NCBI GenBank assembly: GCA_963708025.1
Contig: CAVPSB010000037.1
Location: 1 to 64,000, forward strand
Length of the DNA stretch: 64,000 nt
Direction: 5' to 3'
Source of the DNA: an uncultured Candidatus Rokubacteria bacterium
GTDB taxonomy: Bacteria; Methylomirabilota; Methylomirabilia; Rokubacteriales; DASRDR01
Shown piece after piece: positions 59,036 through 64,000 of the stretch. Under the pieces are notes generated by a model, which was not told the origin of the DNA, searched no databases, and saw only the letters and a list, made by a program, of their open reading frames with translations. How positions within the stretch are numbered: position 1 is the first letter of the stretch; every line of letters starts with the position of its first letter. A program made the translations under genes and the position numbers.

Positions 59036-61045
59036 TCAGCGGGGGGGTGACCCCGGGGGCTCGTCCGGGCCGAGCCCGAGCACCGCGCCGGCCGCGACGG
59101 GGAGCTCCACCGTGAAGAGCGCGCCGCCGCCGGGCGCCGACCCGACGCGGATGGTCCCGCCGTGCGCGCTGACGAACATGTGACACAGCGCGAGCCCGAG
59201 CCCCGTTCCCTCTCCCGGCGGCTTGGTCGTGAAGAACGGCTCGAAGACCCGGGCCCGGATCTCCTCCGGAACCCCCGGGCCCGAGTCCCCCACCTCCAGG
59301 ACGATCCGATCGGCCGCCTCATCGAAGCGGGTGGCGATCCGCAGCCACCGGGGTGGTGGCCCTCCCCGAAGGGTCTGCGTGGCGTTCCGGACCAGGTTCG
59401 TGACCACCTGGTGGAGCTGGTCGGGGTCGCCGGAGAGAGTGGGCAAAGCCGGGGCCAGCGCCCGGATGACCTCGATGCCGTCGTTCCCGAGCGAGCGCAC
59501 AACCGCGTCCAGGGCACACGAGACCACGTCGTTGAGCGCCACGGGCCGTGGCTCGGGCGTCCCCCGGCGGGCGAGGCCGTGGAACGCCTTGACGATCCGG
59601 AAACACCCGGTGGCCGAGTCGAGGATCCGCTGGGCCATGGCGCTGAGAGGGCTGTCCCCGCGATTCGCGGCCGCGACGCCGAGCAGCTCGGCCTGGGCGA
59701 CCACCGCGGCCAGCGGGTTGGTCAGCTCGTGGGCCACGCCCCCCAGCAGCGCCAGCTTCTCGGCCTGCTGGAGGCTGCGCTGGACCCGCGTCTGCTCGGT
59801 CATGTCCCGGATGATCGCGACGCCGCCGCTGACCTGGCCGGCCGAGTCGCGTAGCGGTGCGACGGCGGCACTCGCCTCCAGGCAGCGGCCGTCGGGGGTG
59901 CTGATGAGGGTCTCGTAGCCCTTCACGGTCTGGCCGGCGGCGATCCGGCCGGCGAGGCCGCCGAACGCGCGCGGTCCATCACGCCAGCACGCATCGAGCT
60001 CCCGGACGCTCCGGCCCACCAGCCGCACCGCCTGGCACCCGAACAGCTCCTCGGCGCGGCCGCTGACATAGGTCACGCGGCCCTCGAGGTCCGTCGCGAC
60101 GATCGCGTCGACCGAGGTCTCCGCGATCGAGTGGATCAGGTCCCGGGCCGCCCGGAGCTCTTCGCGAAGTCGGGCGTTCCGGATGACGACCGCGGCCTGG
60201 GCGACGAATCCCTCGAGCAGATCGTGTTCGTCCGGGGCGAGCATGAACGGCGCCGGGCCGGCCAGGGCCAGCACCCCCAGCAGGTCGTCCCCGTGCGACA
60301 CCGGCAGCGCGAGGACGCTGGCGAAGCCGCGCGCCCGGAACCACTCGCGGTCGAGCACCCACGGATCGGCCCCGACGTCCGGGACGTGCAGCGCCTGCCG
60401 GTGCGTCGCCACCCAGCCGACGACGACCTGCCCGTAGGGCGCGATCCGGCGCGGATAGGGGGCGCCCCCGGTGGTGTCCGACCAGGCGCGCAGGGTAAGT
60501 GTCCGGGCGGCCTCGTCAGCCAGCCACAGCGACACGAAGCGCGCGCTCGTCGTCGGGCCGACCGCCTTCGCGATGGCGCCCAGCGCCTCATCGACGTCCT
60601 GACAGGACGCGATCAGGTTCGTGACGTCCACGAGCGCTCGGAGCCCGGCGGCCCGGGCATCCCGCCCGCCGGCAGCCGCCGAGGGCTCCGACCCTCGCAC
60701 GGCCTCGACGACACTCGACGCGAACGCCCACTTCCCGACGTACCCGTCGGCCCCGGCCGCCTCGGCCATCCGTCGCAGCTCGTGGCTGTCGTGCATGCTG
60801 ACCACGACGATCCGCGGGGGGACCGGTCGGGCCTTGATCCGGCGGGTCGCCTCCAGGCCGCCCATGCCCGGCATGCTCACATCCATGAGCACGACGTCGG
60901 GATCGAGCCGCTCCACCTGCCGGATGGCCTCCTCACCCGAGCCCGCGCACCCGACGATGTCCAAGCCAGGCTGGCCTGCCAGGAACCGGGCCGCCACTTC
61001 CAGAAACTGGTTGCTGTCGTCAACGAGCAGAATCCGCACCGCCAT
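59036..61045 (-). CDS. Hybrid sensor kinase REC-GAF-PAS-HisKA-HATPase
   Basis: N-terminal ILLVDD...VVLMDVSMPGMGG receiver; GAF; DAIVATDLEG PAS; VAHELTNPL H-box; NLVRNA, DSGPG, FEPFFTTK, GTGLGL. Confidence 0.92.
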   Translation of the reverse strand: MAVRILLVDDSNQFLEVAARFLAGQPGLDIVGCAGSGEEAIRQVERLDPDVVLMDVSMPGMGGLEATRRIKARPVPPRIVVVSMHDSHELRRMAEAAGADGYVGKWAFASSVVEAVRGSEPSAAAGGRDARAAGLRALVDVTNLIASCQDVDEALGAIAKAVGPTTSARFVSLWLADEAARTLTLRAWSDTTGGAPYPRRIAPYGQVVVGWVATHRQALHVPDVGADPWVLDREWFRARGFASVLALPVSHGDDLLGVLALAGPAPFMLAPDEHDLLEGFVAQAAVVIRNARLREELRAARDLIHSIAETSVDAIVATDLEGRVTYVSGRAEELFGCQAVRLVGRSVRELDACWRDGPRAFGGLAGRIAAGQTVKGYETLISTPDGRCLEASAAVAPLRDSAGQVSGGVAIIRDMTEQTRVQRSLQQAEKLALLGGVAHELTNPLAAVVAQAELLGVAAANRGDSPLSAMAQRILDSATGCFRIVKAFHGLARRGTPEPRPVALNDVVSCALDAVVRSLGNDGIEVIRALAPALPTLSGDPDQLHQVVTNLVRNATQTLRGGPPPRWLRIATRFDEAADRIVLEVGDSGPGVPEEIRARVFEPFFTTKPPGEGTGLGLALCHMFVSAHGGTIRVGSAPGGGALFTVELPVAAGAVLGLGPDEPPGSPPR

Positions 61046-61129
61046 GCTCACCCTCACCCTCCGCCGGACCGTCTTCGGGACGCGGTCCGGTGATGGTGAA
61101 ACGGTACGCGCGCCGGGGGGCGGCGCCAA

Positions 61130-61238
61130 TCGGGTGGACCCTGACGGCGCGGGGAGATAAGCCCGAGAAGGCCCGACGGCGGGGACCTCCGGGAGGCCAC
61201 TCGGGGAATCCCCGAGTAGGCCCTCGGGGAAAGCCTGA
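61130..61238. promoter_or_regulatory. Three TCGGG-N5-CCYGA inverted-repeat boxes; probable NarL/LuxR-type binding sites
   Basis: TCGGGTGGACCCTGA (61130), ACTCGGGGAATCCCCGAGT (61199, perfect 8-bp arms), TCGGGGAAAGCCTGA (61224); upstream of the hybrid kinase. Confidence 0.6.
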
Positions 61239-61357
61239 TGGCCGCGTCAGGCGCCGCCAAGAAATGGCCGGCAGCCCCCGGTCCGGACCGCGCACGGGCT
61301 TCTCGCAGCCCGCTGACTCTGGCCACGCGGTCGTGGCGTTCCACTTCGAGCCGCGGC

Positions 61358-61436
61358 CCACAGGCCGAAGGCCGTCGAACAGTCGCGGCCTCCGAGGGGG
61401 GCATCGGGGGGGTCTTCCGAGACCCCCCCGAAGATC
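61358..61436 (+). repeat. Modular repeat core plus CGGGGGGGTC-ttccga-GACCCCCCCG hairpin ending in CCCGAAGATC
   Basis: CCACAGGCCGAAGGCCGTCGAA at 61358; terminal CCCGAAGATC as in the 23114 copy, abutting a minus-strand stop codon. Confidence 0.7.
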
Positions 61437-62088
61437 AAGCGTCCGGGGACACGAGGCCCATCCGGACGGCGAAGCGGACCAGCCCGGCGAGGTCGTGGAT
61501 GTCGAGCCGGTCCATGATCTGCGCGCGGTGAGTCTCGACCGTCTTGCCGCTGACCCGGAGGCGAAAGGCGATTTCCTTGGTGGAGTGCCCCTCGGCGAGG
61601 AGCTGGAGCACCTCCCGCTGGCGCGGGGTCAGACGCGCCAGCGCATCGGGGGCCTCGGCCAGTCGTCGCCGGTAGTCCGCGACGACGTGCGTTGACACGG
61701 CGGGGCTCAGGTACGTCTCCCCCCGGGCCACCGCCTCGATGGCGAGCTCCAGCTCCCTCAGGTCGGCGTCCTTCGGCAGGTAGCCGGCGCCACCGGCCCG
61801 GAGCGCCCGCGCCGCGTACTCCTCGCTCACGTGCATCGACAGGATGATCACGCGGGTCTCGGGGTGGTCGCGGGCGATCCGGGCCGTGGCCTCCAGCCCG
61901 TTGAGGCCCGGCATGGCGATGTCCATGAGCACGATGCGAGGACGCAGGGTCTCGACGAGGTCAAGGGCCTCCTGCCCGTCGCGGGCCTCGCCGACGACCT
62001 CGACGCCCGGCAGCGTGCCGAGCAGCGACCGGATCCCGGCGCGCACCAGCAGGTGGTCGTCGGCGAGCAGGACCCGGACGCCCGTCAT
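61435..62088 (-). CDS. NarL/FixJ-family response regulator (REC + LuxR HTH)
   Basis: VLLADDHLLVRAG, VLMDIAMPGLNG, ILSMH, LTPRQREVLQLLAEG, KTVETHRAQIM. Confidence 0.96.
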   Translation of the reverse strand: MTGVRVLLADDHLLVRAGIRSLLGTLPGVEVVGEARDGQEALDLVETLRPRIVLMDIAMPGLNGLEATARIARDHPETRVIILSMHVSEEYAARALRAGGAGYLPKDADLRELELAIEAVARGETYLSPAVSTHVVADYRRRLAEAPDALARLTPRQREVLQLLAEGHSTKEIAFRLRVSGKTVETHRAQIMDRLDIHDLAGLVRFAVRMGLVSPDA

Positions 62089-64000
62089 GGCCGCGCCTCG
62101 AGGCGGGCCTCGCCGGCCGGCGACGCTTCCAGGGGAAGCCACACTCGGACCGTCGTGCCCCGTCCCGGGCCGGACTCGATCACGCTCCGTCCCCCCGCCA
62201 GCTCCACGCGCTCCTCCAGGCTCAGGAGGCCGAGGCTGGTGCCGCTCCGGGCCCGCCGATAGGCGGCCTCCACGTCGAAGCCCACCCCGTCGTCCCGAAT
62301 GACCAGCTCGAGCTCGCCGGCCCGACGTCGCAGCTCGACCCACAGTTGCGTGGCGCGGGCGTGGCGCATGACGTTGGTCACCGCCTCCTGGACGACCCGG
62401 AAGCACGTGATCGCGAGGTCGTCGGGCACCGCGCCCTCGGGGAGATCCGCCACGACGGCGCCGACCAGGCCGGCGCGTTCCCCCCGCACGCGAACGAGCC
62501 ACTGGAGCGCGGGGATCAGTCCCAGATCGTCCAGGAGCGACGGCCGGAGGTCGAGCGACAGCTGGCGGACGTCCTGGAGGGTCCGGTCGACGATGCCCAG
62601 GGTCTCGTCGATGCGGGCTTCCGTCACACCGGGCGCCGGCGGAGGCTGCTTCAGCAACTGGAGGTTGATCTTGACCGCGGTCAGCGCCTGGCCCACCTCG
62701 TCGTGCAGCTCCCGCGCGATGCGCCGCCGCTCGGCTTCCTGCACCGCCAGCATGCGCGCCGACAGGGTCTGGAGCCGCTGGCGGGCCTCCCGGGTCTCGG
62801 CGAAGAGCTGGGCGTCGTGGATCGCCAGGGCCGCGTGGTCGGCGAGCTGCATCAGCACCGCCTCGTCCCGGTCGGTGAAGGGACGGCGGACCCGGTTGTC
62901 CACGTACAGCAGGCCCTCGACCCGCTCCTCGATGCGGATCGGTACCGCCAGCATGGCCACGATCTCCTCGGCCTCGACGCTCGGGAGGGCCTCCTTGCTG
63001 ATCCGGGGATCGTGCAGCCAGTCGTCGGTCCGGAAGGGCTGCCCGGTGACCATGACCTGCCCGCCGACGCCCTGGCCGCGCTCCACGGGGACCGGTTCGT
63101 ACCCGGGGTAGCGGGCGTTGACCCAGTACCGGAGCACCATCGCGCCGGACTTGGGGTCGCGGAGGGCGATCCGGGCCAGGTCGCTCGCGCACAGCTCGCG
63201 GGCCCCGTCCGCCACCTTCTGGAGGATCGCGTCGAGGCTCAGGGACCCGCTGACGGTCCGGGCGATGCGGGCGACCACCTCCGCTTCCCGCCGCTGCCGC
63301 TGGGCCTCCTCGAACGACTGCGCGTTCGCGAGGGCGATGGCCGCGTGGGCGGCGGCGGTCTCGAGCAGCCGCACCTCCTCGCCGGTGAACCGCCCGGGCT
63401 CCCCGCGCGCGGTGATGAGCGCGCCCAGGACCTGCTCCCGGGCGACGATCGGCACGGCCAGGACCGCCCGCTGGCCGGTGCTCTCGATGAACCGGCGAGT
63501 GGACGGCGACAGGTCGAAGGCCGGGTCGTTCAGGATGTCGACGGACCCCACGGGCCGCCGCTCGGCGATGGCGGTGGCGATGGCGCCGTCGCGCGGATGG
63601 CGGGGCTCGAACGCCAGGAACGTTGCCGGAATGCCCTTGAGGGACGCGAAGCGCCACAGGCCATGCGAGACGAGCGCCACCGCCACCGGCGCCCCGAGGA
63701 GGTCGGGGACCCGGGCGACGATCGTGTCGAGCACCTGTTGCGTGTCGAGCGAGGCGACCGACCGGGCCAGGTCGGCCAGACCCTCGGCCTCCCGGCGCCG
63801 CTGCCGGGCATCCTCGAAGAGCGTGGCGTTCCGCAGCGCCAGGGCCGCCTGGCCGGCGAAGCGCGCGAGCACGGCGTGGTCCTCGTCGCCGAACGGGGGC
63901 GCCTCGTCGCCACGCCGGCTCATCGAGATCACGCCGAGCAAGGCGTCGGCCACCCGGAGCGGCTGGACCATGACCCGGCGGACGCCGCGCGCCAGCGATT
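62085..64000 (-). CDS. Multi-GAF sensor histidine kinase, HisKA_3 (NarX/UhpB-type), 5'-partial
   Basis: At least three GAF segments; ERRRIARELHDEVGQAL, LRPSLLDDLGL, QEAVTNVMRHA, DDGVGF, LGLLSLEER; overlaps the regulator start. Confidence 0.95.
   Translation of the reverse strand, partial: SLARGVRRVMVQPLRVADALLGVISMSRRGDEAPPFGDEDHAVLARFAGQAALALRNATLFEDARQRRREAEGLADLARSVASLDTQQVLDTIVARVPDLLGAPVAVALVSHGLWRFASLKGIPATFLAFEPRHPRDGAIATAIAERRPVGSVDILNDPAFDLSPSTRRFIESTGQRAVLAVPIVAREQVLGALITARGEPGRFTGEEVRLLETAAAHAAIALANAQSFEEAQRQRREAEVVARIARTVSGSLSLDAILQKVADGARELCASDLARIALRDPKSGAMVLRYWVNARYPGYEPVPVERGQGVGGQVMVTGQPFRTDDWLHDPRISKEALPSVEAEEIVAMLAVPIRIEERVEGLLYVDNRVRRPFTDRDEAVLMQLADHAALAIHDAQLFAETREARQRLQTLSARMLAVQEAERRRIARELHDEVGQALTAVKINLQLLKQPPPAPGVTEARIDETLGIVDRTLQDVRQLSLDLRPSLLDDLGLIPALQWLVRVRGERAGLVGAVVADLPEGAVPDDLAITCFRVVQEAVTNVMRHARATQLWVELRRRAGELELVIRDDGVGFDVEAAYRRARSGTSLGLLSLEERVELAGGRSVIESGPGRGTTVRVWLPLEASPAGEARLEARP

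Noticed and set aside
61435-63657. 740-aa response regulator, and the similar 652-aa (32703..34661) and 563-aa (38975..40666) ORFs
   Set aside because: Only the C-terminal parts are real genes (starts 62088, 33692, 39148); the rest overlaps upstream genes out of frame.

Overview
A 64-kb, very GC-rich bacterial window, almost entirely coding. The gene content (PF04392-type SBP paralogs, a zinc-ribbon/class III cyclase/AAA/TPR protein, many amidohydrolases, PrpD and MetE-like paralogs) resembles Rokubacteria/Methylomirabilota; this is an inference. It carries three ABC importers (two NitT/TauT-NMT1 type, one BMP/nucleoside type) and catabolic clusters: PrpD-CoA transferase-acyl-CoA dehydrogenase; a VanR-like regulator with MetE-like, VOC, galB and galD; creatininase, ureohydrolase, amidohydrolases and DUF1989; Gfo plus UbiD. 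It also has an EF-hand transaldolase, a sirtuin, a DUF222-HNH gene, two peptidases and a two-component locus. About 20 single-base frameshifts in otherwise intact genes point to long-read assembly error; several fragments and in-frame deletions look like real decay. Best candidates for new biology: (1) a translationally coupled trio of MidA/NDUFAF7-like methyltransferase, core (half-size) Zn methionine synthase and MetF-MetV fusion; (2) a gal-type meta-cleavage operon with a one-domain VOC enzyme and a MetE-like enzyme in place of GalA, under VanR-type TTGGATCCAA boxes; (3) a modular, strand-biased intergenic repeat (GGCC-GAA-GGCC hairpin between C- and G-tracts) that supplies ribosome-binding sites; (4) a possible non-canonical creatinine/guanidino pathway. 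No rRNA, tRNA or CRISPR array was recognised.
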